Shown: positions 1 through 12,638 of the stretch, piece after piece
Layout: each line of letters begins with the position of its first letter
Position numbering within the stretch: the stretch's first letter is position 1
Origin: Callorhinchus milii
Lineage: Eukaryota
Direction of reading: 5' to 3'
NCBI RefSeq assembly: GCF_018977255.1
Contig: NW_024704743.1
Coordinates: 7,008,001 to 7,072,000, forward strand
DNA: 64,000 bases
Position numbers and translations under genes: made by a program
The notes under the pieces: generated by a model
The model's database searches: none
The model's input: only the letters and a program-made list of their open reading frames with translations
Told to the model about the DNA's origin: nothing

Positions 1-1079
1 TGCACTCTTGCACATCATCCAAACGGCCATTGTTTCTGAATAGGCTTATTTGAGTACAGGAGGCATCAAAGCCAGACCTGATCCTCGCCTTGTCTGAGGA
101 TGTGCATTTGGAAGCAAGAGTATCTTGATGGTATTCAGGAGTAAGAAACCTGGATAATTTTTATTTCTCCCTTCATGACCCACACGTGTTGAGACCAGTT
201 GTAGCATGCCAATTAGATTTCGTAACTCAGCAGAGACTGGAATTTGAGCCTTCAACCTCTGTTCTGTGTCATTCATCCAGCACCAAACAGTGTCTTTACC
301 CCCTCGGCTGTTTGGCTGCTATCTTTGTCTGCATTAATTTAAAATCGTGGGGTTAACCCACTTCTAATTTGGAACAGTTTCTGTTTATGGCTATGCTAAG
401 AATTTTTCTATCTACCAATGTTCCTTGATATGTCATTAGAGCCATTAATATCTGATGTAGAATTGTTTGTGTTTTTGTGAAATCCACTGTATTTGCCTTG
501 TCCATCATGGCAACAAATCAACCAGTTACAAAACATTAATTGATTTCTCTATTTTCTGACTCTTGAATTGTTTTTATTTAATGGTCATTAACCCATGATT
601 TCAAATATCAAATAGTCAGTACATTTTTTACAGAAGCAAAAGGATAAAAGCTTAATTGATTGTGTGCATTTATCTCTGATTTTTGTTTTGAAGTGCTAAG
701 AAACGGTGTTGAGCCACAAGATGTGTGGATTTACATCTGGTTTACTATAGTGATTTTTCAATTGTGTGGATATGTTAAGTAGTTGCTGGGCTCACTAAAA
801 AGTGGATGGAACAAATGCTTTTCGTAACTACTGTGTATAGAGCAGCACAATTTTTTTCAGTAGATGTGCCTATTTTTGCCTCTACGGATAAACATAAACT
901 TGCCAAACCGTAGAAGTACTCCATCTGCTCTTTATAATAAATATCTTGTAATAATAATCTTTGTGTTTGATTTCATGCCTTATGTTGTCAAAAATTCGCA
1001 AGTACTGCACAGGATTATATTGTAAAAATAGACTCCTTTGAGCACAACTTTATCCTACAAACACCTATGAGTGAATGAT

Positions 1080-1335
1080 CAGTTTTATCTGGAGGATTAT
1101 TGTCCAAGATGCCAGACAAAACTCCCTTCTCTTTTCAAATAGTGCCACAAAATCTTTAACATTCATCTGAACAGGCAGATAGGACCTCAGTTTAACGTCT
1201 CATCCAAATGATTGCACATCCAACAATGCACTGCACTGGAGAGTCGGTCTGGATGTTAAGTTCAAAGTCCTGACGTGGGGCTTGAATCCACAGAATTCAC
1301 AGTCTGAAGGGAGAGAGTACCATCTGACACAGCTA
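1080..1335 (-). mobile_element. Old Deu-domain SINE (AmnSINE1/SacSINE1-like), degenerate
   Basis: Core aatctttaacattcatctgaacaggcagataggacctcagtttaacgtctcatccaaa plus a tRNA-like head remnant gggcttgaatccac. Related copies at ~6330-6580, 7600-7790, 24960-25080, 28500-28780, 31760-31965, 34560-34680, 36660-36910, 43790-44010 and 47040-47340. Confidence 0.7.
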
Positions 1336-2807
1336 GTCATTTTGGAAATATGTACTTTTAAAATGAAATTTTCATATTCTATTCCCTTTTAGTTTCAATT
1401 GAGTTCATGTCCATTTTTGGATTTTCTGTATTTGAAGTTTATATTACGGCTTGGTGGTAAATACACCATCACTTCATAAAGTACTATGGCATTACTGATT
1501 GGGAAGTTCAAGGTTCAGTCTTGATTTATACTGCAACCAGGGCAATGGTGAATGCAGTAATTTGTTAAATTCTGATCTAGAGAAAGAAAAATAAGTTCTC
1601 TCTGAATTTGATGAATAAATATTTGAAAGGGAATGAGGAAAAAGCAACAAAATAGGAATAGATAAGTTCCATGGGGGTCCATGCATTTTTTTTCTGAAAT
1701 TTCTCCTCTTTTATTCAGTTATTCAGCATTCTTTCCCATTTTTAATCATTGCAAACAAGCATCTTCTAGAAAATGCATAACAATAAGCTTCCAGTGAGAC
1801 AAGATTGTTTTTTCCAGAACAATATCTTGGGTGACACTTGAAAAATAGCAGTTTTGAAAAGGTACTGGCAAGCCGCCTGATAGTGGTTGGAGAACTGTAA
1901 TTCATCAGTTCTGCAAAAGAAAATTAGTTATATTCTTGAGGATAAGCTGTTAATTGCAGATGACCATCCACAAGGAGGGAAGAGTGGTAACATCGCAGCA
2001 TATTCTTCAAATGTAGCACTGCCATGAAGTCTTTCAGCCCCAACAGCCTGTCCACCCATTCCATTTTGTTTCTTTGTCAGTTAACAATCATTACAGACTG
2101 AATAATTGGATATGAATAACACTGATATGTGAATAAGAAAGTGATTAGACATTTTTTTCTATAAAAGCAATTGTATGCAGCGTGTTAAGATTGAGTCTTC
2201 ATTCATATCTGATCAATTATCCATTGATAATGAACCTGAATGTGTTTAATGTGTCTGATATGTGCTGTAGTCTGCTGCTTAAAATGCATAATCCAAAGCT
2301 GTTTTATATGAATTATTGCAATTCTATAATGTAGCATTGTTTTTAGAAAAGAATGTGAATAATGTTACTTCAGTGAGAATGATATGCATTGGCATTAATT
2401 TCTATGGTATTTTTATATAATTTCAGTTAAGGCCACATCCTCTTCATGTTTCTCCCACTTTCATTGACAAAAAGATGGCTCAAAACTTACGAATGATGCA
2501 ATTGTAGTTTATTTTGTAAAGCCTTAGACATTGTGAGAAAATATTGTATCCTTGAAATGTCAAGAGGAAGAACGTCTGTTAATCAAAATGCCTTGTGGCC
2601 AATCCCACACTTCAGCTGAGTCCTAAAGACAACTTTTATACATCTCCAGTGTGATCATTATACTTCAACATAAAACCATTCACACTTAATAAAGATAACT
2701 TTAATCAATAAACACATGAAAATAAAATGTCATAATCAACCTGCTGCGTTTCTGCATGGCACACATGTGCAGGAGGTGACTGTTCTATAAAATAAAAGTT
2801 ATAACCA

Positions 2808-2930
2808 TGTTTGCAGGACTATGGGAAGAGAGCGGGGGGAATGGGATTGATTTCGGTAGCTCTTTTCGAAGAGCTGGCGCACAATGGGCCGAATGGCCTC
2901 CTTCTGTGCTGTATTATTCTGATTCTATGA
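2808..2930 (+). mobile_element. CR1 LINE 3' end fragment
   Basis: gggccgaatggcctccttctgtgctgta...attctatga CR1-type tail; a similar copy lies at ~61538-61665. Confidence 0.75.
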
Positions 2931-3007
2931 AAATGGCCATTTTAACATCAGTGTGTACCATTATAGGAAATTACATGAAGGTGGACTACGTGCCCCATCT
3001 CTACCAA

Positions 3008-3240
3008 TTCAATAATAATTCTTGCATTTGATATATTGCGTCTTGCAGACGTCTCAAAAGTGCTTTACAGAATATACTGTAAAGTGAATTGCCTGTATAT
3101 TTTGGGGGTGAAACGCAGCAGCCAATTGCACACAGCAGTGTCCCACAAACAGTCATGGATTGAGTGACCCAATTATTATTTATTTTGAAGGGATTATTAC
3201 CCACGGAAAGTGATCCATCAGTCGACTAACAACTGGAAAA
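3008..3240 (-). mobile_element. tRNA-derived SINE with L2-type tail, 3' part
   Basis: Reverse complement of the family body (gtgggacactgctgtgtgcaattggctgc...gtgaagcgcttt...atcaaatgcaaggattattatt). Confidence 0.85.
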
Positions 3241-4355
3241 ACTTGCTTAACACATCCACGCACACCAGCTGTATTTGCATTTTAGACAAATGCACTTCAT
3301 GTCTTACACAGTGCTTCTTCACTTTCTGTTTACAGCACATGCGCAGCAAGTAATGTCACAATGGCGATTTTGACTCTGCCCTCCATTATAAAAGACACAC
3401 TATTTAGATAAAACCCAACCTTCTACTGGATGCATATGACGCTGAGAGAGCCACAAATATGTGAGAGGGAAGAGTGTGAGAGCAAAGTGAGATGAGTGAT
3501 TGAAGGACAGGTAAAAGTGAGTCAGACTCTGAATGCAAGATGATTGTAAAATAGACATTGACAGAATGAGGAAAAATGTTGTATCCTGAAACAGAATGCG
3601 TGGAAGTGTGAGAAGGGCGGGGAGGGTTAAAAGCAGTGAACAAGAATCTAAATAAGTTTGAGAGAGAAAAAGACTTAAAAGAATGAGTACGAATCAGCCA
3701 CATTACGAGATGGAATGACTCAATGTGCAGTGAGGTAAAGAAATGAGTGAGTATGATCCAACTGCCACTCTCCCTGGTTGGTATAGAGCACCATCATTAT
3801 AAAGGAAGAGACATAAAATTCAAAGTTGTTTAAATGAGAAAGAATAAGCAAGTGTGACACAGTGTTGAAAAGGTACACACAGGTAAAGACTCAGGCAAGC
3901 CATGACAGAGTGATGCATACATACACAACAAACCAGAGCAGAGAAGAAGTGAGAGAGTGAAAACAAAAACACACAGACAAACCAAAGACAAATGTGTGTT
4001 CACAAAGAATATTTATACTCGCTACCACCAGTTCACTCCTAAAGATCGTTATTCCCACATAGCCCTTCATTGAATAATTGAGCAAATCTGAGCAGAAACT
4101 TGATGCACACACGAAGGAGAAGGGAAGCAAGGGAGAGAGTGGAGGTATGAGAGAGGAGTTTAGGAAGGGCGGAAGCTTGTGTGGAATATAAACACCAACA
4201 TTGACTGATTGGCCTGTGTCTGTGCTGTAACTTTCTATGTATTTTCTGTGCGCAACAAACAATGATTTAGCAAGGAAATCCTGTGGGATATTTGCCAGAG
4301 AATGAATTCCCAGCATATGGCCTCTGTATCTCCTGTGGATGTGAAGAATTCTAGG

Positions 4356-4590
4356 CAGGGCAAGTTTCCTTACCCCACACGCCTAATAATAATCCCTCCA
4401 AAACAAAACAATAATAAATTGTTCATTTTCAATCCACGACTGTTTGTGGGACACTGCTGTGTGCAATTGGCTGCCGCGTTTCGCCCACAAATATACGGTC
4501 AATTCACTTTACAGTATTATTCTGTGAAGCGCTTTGAGACGTCTAGAAGACGTGAAAAGCGCTGTATCAAATGCAAGGATTATTATTATT
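4356..4590 (+). mobile_element. tRNA-derived SINE, 5'-truncated
   Basis: gggcaagtttccttac...ctgtgaagcgctttgagacgtctagaagacgtgaaaagcgctgtatcaaatgcaaggattattattatt. Confidence 0.88.
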
Positions 4591-7500
4591 AGATTTCGCA
4601 AGTCCCGAGAATGGGCTACTTTACTATTAAAGTATAATTAAGCTATTTGCAGCACATTGTTTCGTACTCTCTCCTCCCACCTCCTCCCATCAAAGTGTAG
4701 ATTAGATTTCCTTGTGGGCTTCGAATAAAATCCTAACCAAAAGTCACTGATTCAATTTTCAAAATAACTAAAAAGATTAAAATTGCAGTGGCAGCTCCCA
4801 CTTTTGGTAACCAAAATAGCTGTTGATTCCCAAATAATTGTTATTTTAATGTCATTTTTATGAAAGATGATTTTAGATATATATTATTGAGGTACGGTTT
4901 GTTGAAGCTGGTGGCACATGTATCACGTTTGCTTGTACCTTTCTGGATTCCTGCTTATTTCCCAAACAAGATTGATAAATTACTGGAATTTATCTGGTGT
5001 ATGCAAAATTCAAGCTTTATCACATGATTGACATACATTTAGATAGCATCTTCTGTACTCAGCTGGTTACAAAAGTCTGTAAATAATACATTACAACCTT
5101 ACGATCCCAGTTGCTTAACACATTGCAGGTCTACAGCCATTTCAAATTCTGCAAACGCATCTTGATCCATAGGTAGGAAAATATTGATAAGTGAGAAAAA
5201 TAAATATCTGCTACTTTTGAAGTCACGTCATTTGAATTGTTCTTGATAGCAAGACATCCATTATAAGTAACAATTCTCAATTTGTGTAAAATGCTTGAAA
5301 TTGCTGAAGATATTGTCTTATCTGCTCGTTTTTCTGCCTGTAGTAAGAAAGCTGGCAACCTTAAGAGCTTAACGGTATTGATATCTTCCACATATTCAAA
5401 GAGTAGGCTCAAGCTGTTTGCAATGTTCATGGGGACAGGAACACAAAGTAATATTTGTATGCCATCTGTGCTGTCAAGATTGCTATCCATATGACTTGTT
5501 GAATAAAGAAGGTTCTACAGTTAGCATGGCATGTTTGCTTTACCTAATCTTGAATCATGCTTGCTTGTAGTTTGTATGTACTGTAATTTCTCTTGATCCG
5601 TTTTGGAACTAAATAGTCTGGCCTATAAAAACTAGGAACATCTTCACCATTTTGGTAGTTACAATTGCTATAGCCATTGTTTCATTTCAGTCCCACCAGA
5701 CTTTTTTTGGGGGGGGGCGAAGGGCGAAGGGGGTGGCAGGAAGTTACTGCAGTGAACGTGCGTTATTCTATTGTTGTCAAATATAAGGGGATCCCACAAA
5801 TTGTTAGAAGAAACCCAGGTAGAAGAAGCAGGGGGCTACCGCCAATTTACCTTGTGCCATTTATTTCTTATGGAGGCCATGATTGAAACTACTACTTAGT
5901 GAAAGTTCATGTCTCACCTAAGATATATCTTGGGCCAACTTCCTTTATTTTTCACTTTGTGAAAGTGTTGTGGAAATGTTTCGTAGAACTTAAAATGTTT
6001 ATCTGGTTCTTCCAAAATTAATGTGCCATCCTCTTAAGCCTTGGTTCATGTGATCTTGAGTTCTCCTGAATAGTTGCATTGCTAATGCCTTCTTTTTCAG
6101 CCAGAAGGGTTAGGAAACGGCAGGCTCTGATTGATGAACAGCACTATGTATTCTGCCAAACTGGCTGCAACCTTGGAGTACATTGAAAGAAGAAAGAAAA
6201 AAAATTACATTTAATAGTGTTTTATGCCAAAATGTCTTAATGCTTCAAAGGTAATTACTGTCAAATAAGGTGACTATTTATTGGAAAACACAAAAGTGAT
6301 TTTTTTCTAGCGACGTCCCTCACGCAGCCAATGACCAATTATTTTGGAGAATTGTTGGCCAAGAGACCAGGGACAAACTCCCATAGGATCATTAGTGTCT
6401 ATTTGTAAACAGACAGACGGAGAAACAGTTTAACATCCTATCGGAATGACAGCAACTCTGACTACAAAACAGTACTCCCCAGTGATGTGCTGGAGTGTCA
6501 GCCTGGACTATGACCTTGAGTCCTAATATGTTGCTTGAACCCACAACCTTACCCAGAAATTCGATGGCTGCTAACCAAGCCAAACACATTGTTTGCATTA
6601 CATCAGGGAAGAGGTAGTCAAGGTAAATATGAAAGCATCTTAAAAGACTTTCTCGATCAACATTGTAAACCCAGGATTATTGTGGGATTTGTATGAATGA
6701 ACAGTAATGGAAACCAGAATTCACACTTGTCCTTGCAAGAATTTTAAAACATTCTTCAGTTGTACATGTCAGACTATGCCAGTCTCTTCCAGTTCATACA
6801 TGGTTCTGGATAGGTTCTTGTTTAGTTACTTCCAAGAAAGATTTCTTGAACATATCACAGTTATTTGTCATAAACCTTGTTAATATAATACAACGTGGAA
6901 GTTAATGAGGATTTTTGAATTGTTGGAATCCATCTAATTTCTTATGTTGCTACCTTTGGCCATAGTTTTACCTTTTTTCACCTTTTCCACAAGGAATGCT
7001 TTATGATGATGCCCTTTTTTGAGTAAAGCACAAACTTGTTTCAACAGAGTTGATGTCATTTGTTGAAGTTCCATTTTATTTTGCTTTCTTAGTAGGCTAA
7101 GTGAGCCTGTATTTTGTTTTCCCAAATATTGTTATGGTTGACTTACCACTTCTGTTCTCTACCAGTGTTTCAACAGTATTACTTTTTTTTCATAAAATTT
7201 CACTTTTGTACTGAAGAGAAATCTGCAGATATGTTCTCACTTTACACTGTTTTGATATAATGTGAAACTTTCTTTTCATGTGTTTGGAGAAACGGATAAG
7301 AGAAGGAATTCCACCAAGGGTTGTAAATCCATTGCTTTCCTTACCCCCACCCCATCGACTATGATTTTTAAAGAAACCTTAGGATTAGGCCAGCTGCATT
7401 ACTTTTAATACCTCACTTTTCATCTCTTGATCCTTGGTTTATGATTCCGAGTTGCATCCTGAATAAGTCTTGAGTGGTTCTATTAACCTGCAGCAATTTC

Positions 7501-7791
7501 TGGATGATCATCCAGAGCCCACTTGAGGAAATGTTAGTTATGACTGCCCTCCTTTTTGTTAAATCAGAAGATTAGAATCTTTCAAATGTCAGTTTGGATT
7601 AATATATAACAATCTTGCCTCTGGGTCAGAAGTTGTTCAAGCTCTACATTTGAAGTTTATCTTGTATTTTATCTTGTCTTTGTAGTATTGAGGGATTGCT
7701 GCATTATTGGAGGAGCCCATCTTTCACATGAGCATGCACAAGATGCTGTTTACCTGTGTTTTAGGTGAACAGTAAAGATCCTTCGATGCTT

Positions 7792-8455
7792 CAACAACTT
7801 GCTTTTATACAGCGCCCTTCACGCAGGGTAGGGTCCCGGAGTCCTTGACAATGACCCAAGTGGAGCGGGAGTGGGGAGATGACTGTAAACAAGATCAAAA
7901 AGGAAGGTCTTTAGGTGGGATTTGAAAGTGGGTAGGGAGGGCAGGGCGAAGGGAGAGAGTGCCAGAGTTTCAGGGCGTAGTGGCTGAAGGCATGGCCAAC
8001 GATGGAGGGGACGAGGAACAAATAGGAGGCCACAGCCAGCTGAATAGAGGCAGCGGGTGGTGGAGTGGCGGGTAAGGAGGTTGGATTGGTAGGGAGGTGT
8101 GAGGCATGAAGGGATTTGAAAACGAGTGAAGGGGTATTGAAATCGATTTGTTCGGTATTGGAAGCCAGTGGAGCCTGGCGAGCACTGGTGTAATTGGGGT
8201 ACAGAGTTTTGTGCGGGTGAGTAACCCGGCTGAGTTTTGAATTAATTGGGTTTTGTATATAGTGGATTTGGGGAGACCAGCGAGGAGGGGATTGGAATAG
8301 TCCAGCTGGGAAGTGACAAAGGCTTGGACAAGGATTTTGGTTGTGTTGGTTGTGAGGTACGGATGGAGGTGAACAATGTGGCAGAGGTGGAAAAAAGCGA
8401 TCCTGGTCAGTGAACAGAAAGGAAAGCTGGGGATCGAACCTGACGCTAAGTTGCA
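7792..8455 (-). mobile_element. L2 LINE 3' fragment
   Basis: Minus-strand peptides [18 protein letters not shown] and AFSHYALKLW; (caa)n tail at the left end. Confidence 0.85.
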
Positions 8456-9552
8456 TTAAGGTTTGCGTTTTAAACCTGACAAACTGCTTTTATTTAGAAT
8501 AGTTCGGACAGCTTTGGTGACAAAGTCTAAAAACTGTCTTGAGTAAGAAAAAACACTTTGTGGGGTAGACAAGACAGGGTGATACTTAGCGCGATAAAAA
8601 AAAACGCTGATACTTCATTTAAAGGGAGGAGCCAGATGCCTATATAAGGAGAGGACTCATGGTCGCTAGCTTTTGGTCACCATCTAGGTGTGTGCCGAGT
8701 TGAGAGGGACTGCCTCCATGTCAAGATGCTTTTTTAATTTACTAACCTCAGTTAAAGTGCTGCTAATTTTATTACAGTTTGGTGTTGATAGTTGTCTGTT
8801 TCTAAAGTTTGCATTTGTTTTATATTATTATCATTTAGAGTAAGCAAGGATGATCTAGGGCTAATAAAAATCTGTTGTATCTTCTCAATAGTGTTTTCGA
8901 GTCTCTGTTAAATTCTTAAGAAGGGAGGTAGGAAAATACACAAAACAGGCAGTTGCTGACTCAGTGGCGTGGAAGTGCGATAAGGCACCGGGGAAAGCAT
9001 CTCGATTGCATGGGCAGTAAACCAATCAGGAATAGTCTGTCATTGTGTTTCTTTAAATAGTGAAGTTCCACAAGAGTAGGGATTTGCACTTACAGAGATA
9101 GAACTGAAAACAGAGGCCAGCTAGTACACTCTGCATTACTAAACTTTGCGAGTTACATAAAGGGGTGAGAACTGTTGCACACCCAACATCAGATATCAGC
9201 GAAGGCTTGTTATACGGTATTGGTCTCTGGGTGATAGCAGAACCAATAAGTTAATGAATGTTGTGGCTTTATAAGAACAAGTATAAGGCCAAAATATCTC
9301 AATAAAAATGAAGGAATATGTCTGAGGAGGAGAGAGAAAGCAATGAAGATAAATAAGAAGGATAACTTAGTGAGAGGGTCCTTAAAACATAGGTGAGATC
9401 TTTATTAGCTGAAGATTTGTGCATGCAAGTACTCAGCAGAGTCCAGAAAACAGATCAAATGTGTACCCTGTGATGTAAACAGAATTTGTACTTTTCTCTA
9501 CCCTATCAGCAAGTATCGTAACTTTTCAACCTATCCTTTGTCCCAATTTTCA

Positions 9553-9603
9553 AAATTTGCTTATAATAGTGAACAGAATGTGTTCACTATTATAAGCAAA
9601 TTT
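9553..9603. repeat. Perfect 23-bp inverted repeat with 5-nt loop
   Basis: aaatttgcttataatagtgaaca-gaatg-tgttcactattataagcaaattt. Confidence 0.95.
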
Positions 9604-9827
9604 GTATACTTTTGAAATAATGTAATTTTTAAAATGTACAGAACATAATTAATTTCACTTTTTCTTTGACAAGTTAAGACCAAGAAATTTTAATTGCCCG
9701 AATGTGAAGTCCCGGTTCTCAAGGAGACTAAATGTATGGCCTTTTTCCAAATAAATTGTAGAATGTAATTGTGAAAGGTATAGTTTCTGCCCAACATTTG
9801 TGAATGTAACTATTTAAACTTTTCCAG

Positions 9828-10017
9828 CAGCCAGAGAAGTCCATCGCCAAGTCCAAATCACATCGCTAGTAGCAGTGCAACTTCAAGTGCATCTTCAGTA
9901 CAGCCAACCACATCTGCACGTTCTTCATGTTCATTGACGCCAACACTTGCAGCACACTTCAATGAAAATCTTATAAAACATGTTCAAGGTTGGCCTGCTG
10001 ATCATGCAGAAAAACAA
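9828..10017 (+). CDS. WAC: WAC internal coding exon (third from last; upstream exons lie outside the window)
   Basis: Acceptor tttccag|cag|c and donor CAA|gtaagt. Translates [63 protein letters not shown], matching the vertebrate WAC C-terminal region as I recall it ([28 protein letters not shown]). Start could be 9831 (NAGNAG). Confidence 0.96.
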
Positions 10018-12281
10018 GTAAGTGAATAGCTATTTTCTATTGAAGTAGTTAGAAACAGTGTTGGCTATAGTGGGAGAATTAATCTTTGGGGACTTGGAAC
10101 ATATTTTAGAACTCTTTGCCATGTGCTTGGTCATGTATTCCCATTTACATTATGAATTGATATTTAATCATCTAAATATAACCTACTTATGTATAACAAC
10201 TATCAAAACACACGCCATGTAACATTTTTCTCCCCCAAAAAGTTTCCATGTTGACTGACAACTATATGATATGGAGTGATGTATTAACTAAAGTTTTGTT
10301 AATTGTTTTTCTGACGTGAGCCTTTTCACGTCTGGAGGATGTCTCGAAGCACTTGGCAGGACATAGTGTTGAGTGTAGTAACTGTGTGTTTAGTAGGTAA
10401 ATGTTTTTTTTAAAAAGTGAAGCTACCAGCTCATCGCACAGAATAATATACAATGTACATTGCTTACCAAAAGTTTGGTTATTATAGTACATCACAAGGC
10501 CCCTCTATCTCTCTCAGTCCTTCACACAAGAAACAAGCCTTTGTTTCCCATCGTCCCTCACCCACAATGTTAGTCCTTCTCAGCTTTTTATGTCTCCCTT
10601 AATCCACCCCCTGCGACCTCTCATCTACACACATGACATTTTCTCTTTTCCATCACTCCTCATGCAAAATACCAGGCATTCTTTCTCTTGGCTTCCTCCT
10701 CCCTCCCCTCCCACTCTCTCTATTTCTCTTTCATTCCACCGCCTCTTCTCTCCAATCAGTGAAGTGCTCTTTTGCTGTCTATTTCATTAAACCCTCTGCT
10801 GTACCTTCATCAGATCTCTAATTGTAAACACAAAAGAACAGACCACTGATCAAAATATCTGTACACTAATACATGCATATGCAAATTAAGGCTCGCAGTT
10901 TAGAATCTGCTGACATTTCGTGAAAATTCTCTTAAATGCTTTGAAGGGGTCAAATTTTCAGAGTTGCCATATTTAGTGTTTATTGGTTGGAAAGTGGGTT
11001 ACCTTCGTTATTGAGTTTTCTGATTATGTATCAGAGCAAGTGGCTTGTGATCATCTGGCAACAGTCAATTTTGCAAAATAACTGAACAGGATCATTCATA
11101 AATTATGTTGTTCATACTTACAATTATAGAATTTTTCAGCTGATAGGACGGAGTTTGCTGGCTTCTTAAAAAAAGCTACTATTTAATCATACTTTCTTGC
11201 CCTTTTCCTATACCCTTTTATATTTTCCTTTTTAAATATTTAAATAATTCCCCATTAAATGCTTTACGCAAACCTGCAGGAAGAGCACAATGGAATCTTA
11301 AATTGTTCCGCAGAAAAGTTTTTGTGTCTGTACTTAATAAAACCTGACGTGCATTTTTGTCAGGAGGAATTGCACAATTTTTTGCAGTGTTATGTGGGTT
11401 GTCTCCATCTTCATAGTTTGTGTGGTCTTATCAGGAATATAAGAATATTAAGAATCTCACAAAGTGAAAATTACTAATCGTGGAACAGCTTAAAAATTTG
11501 AAGTATAACATTTACCAGGAATGGCATTCAGCAGATAAAAACCTGCCTGGAGTATGTGTGGACAATAAAATGTTACGATAAGGTTGTGATTGGTTGGGTT
11601 TCAAGTGGAGAAGAAAAAAGCCTCTTCAAATCGATTACATTATGTTCAGACAATTTTGTAATGGTTTCCCCATTGGTATCTGTAGAATTGTACACATGAC
11701 TAGTGATTTAATTGCGCTTCTTTTTTTAAAAAAAGTGACAACTTTAAAATTTATTTCACTTTATATTGGAAAAAGTTAATTAGTTTCAGGGCTTGCAGAT
11801 CAGCCTATTGGAACTTGTGCTATGATTGTATCAACTAAATTGATTTTTTTTGACATTCTACCAAACCTTCAAACATCTTTTTGATGTTTCGGCACCAGAA
11901 AACCACTGTTAACTGCAATGCTTGTGTCTCTGGGAATAGGATTTCTTTCCTAAAATAGAGGTGCAATTTAAGCACTTTGCTGGTGGGTAACTGAATTTCA
12001 TCTACATAATACACAGTAAATTCTGTGAAGCACTTTGAGATATCCTCCTGTGTAATTTGCTTGTACAGATGGGCACAGGAAGGCATGGTCGCTGACCTGA
12101 TGACCCGGTAACACTGACCAGTAACCATTTTATTTGCACACTCAATAACCTAAGGTTCTGAGTTATGAACCTAAATCACTGAGTTATAAAAGAATTAAAC
12201 TATATTGCGTTATGTTCAGCTGAGCTTCGGAAGAGGTTGAAATATGATTGGCTTAGAAACTGTAATATGGGTTCCTCACAA

Positions 12282-12638
12282 TGTAACACACGAGTTAATG
12301 TTTTAATAATCCAAAGTTAATACATCTGGGGACCCAGATTCAGTCCTTCCTCCGGGAGAGAATGGCAACCACTTTGTGTCCGTTGTTGATCTGCCCTCCT
12401 CCTTTTGCCTCGATGTCTATGAGTCTCTTAAACAGACAGTCTTTCCTCTCTGTGTCTCCGAGTCTCTTACACAGACAATCTATCTTGTCCTGGTATAAAT
12501 GGCAGTTATCTCTTTCCTTCACACGACACACCCTTCTCATGTCATGCGGCCGCCTGACTCTGCTACTGCGCCATCCCTGCACTAGGTGGCACTAGTCCAG
12601 TTCATGCTGGTTCTTTGCAACAAGGTCTCCGTGTTACA
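12282..12638 (-). mobile_element. Solo LTR (357 bp) of an LTR retrotransposon/ERV in a WAC intron
   Basis: Termini TGTAACAC...GTGTTACA (TG..CA, 8-bp inverted). Flanks cacaa / cagaa give a 5-bp TSD with one mismatch. ATTAAA lies ~20 nt from the minus-strand 3' end, and there is an internal ~22-bp direct repeat. Confidence 0.75.
12577..12595 (+). promoter_or_regulatory. Candidate CTCF site inside the solo LTR
   Basis: ctgCACTAGGTGGCACtag matches the CTCF core consensus (CCACYAGRKGGCRC) except at the first C. Confidence 0.5.

Noticed and set aside
5131..5494. Overlapping 119-aa and 70-aa ORFs in the WAC intron
   Set aside because: No homology recognised and no convincing splice signals; consistent with chance ORFs.
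1..9800. Further upstream WAC coding exons
   Set aside because: No segment translating to the expected preceding WAC sequence was found; they presumably lie 5' of the window.
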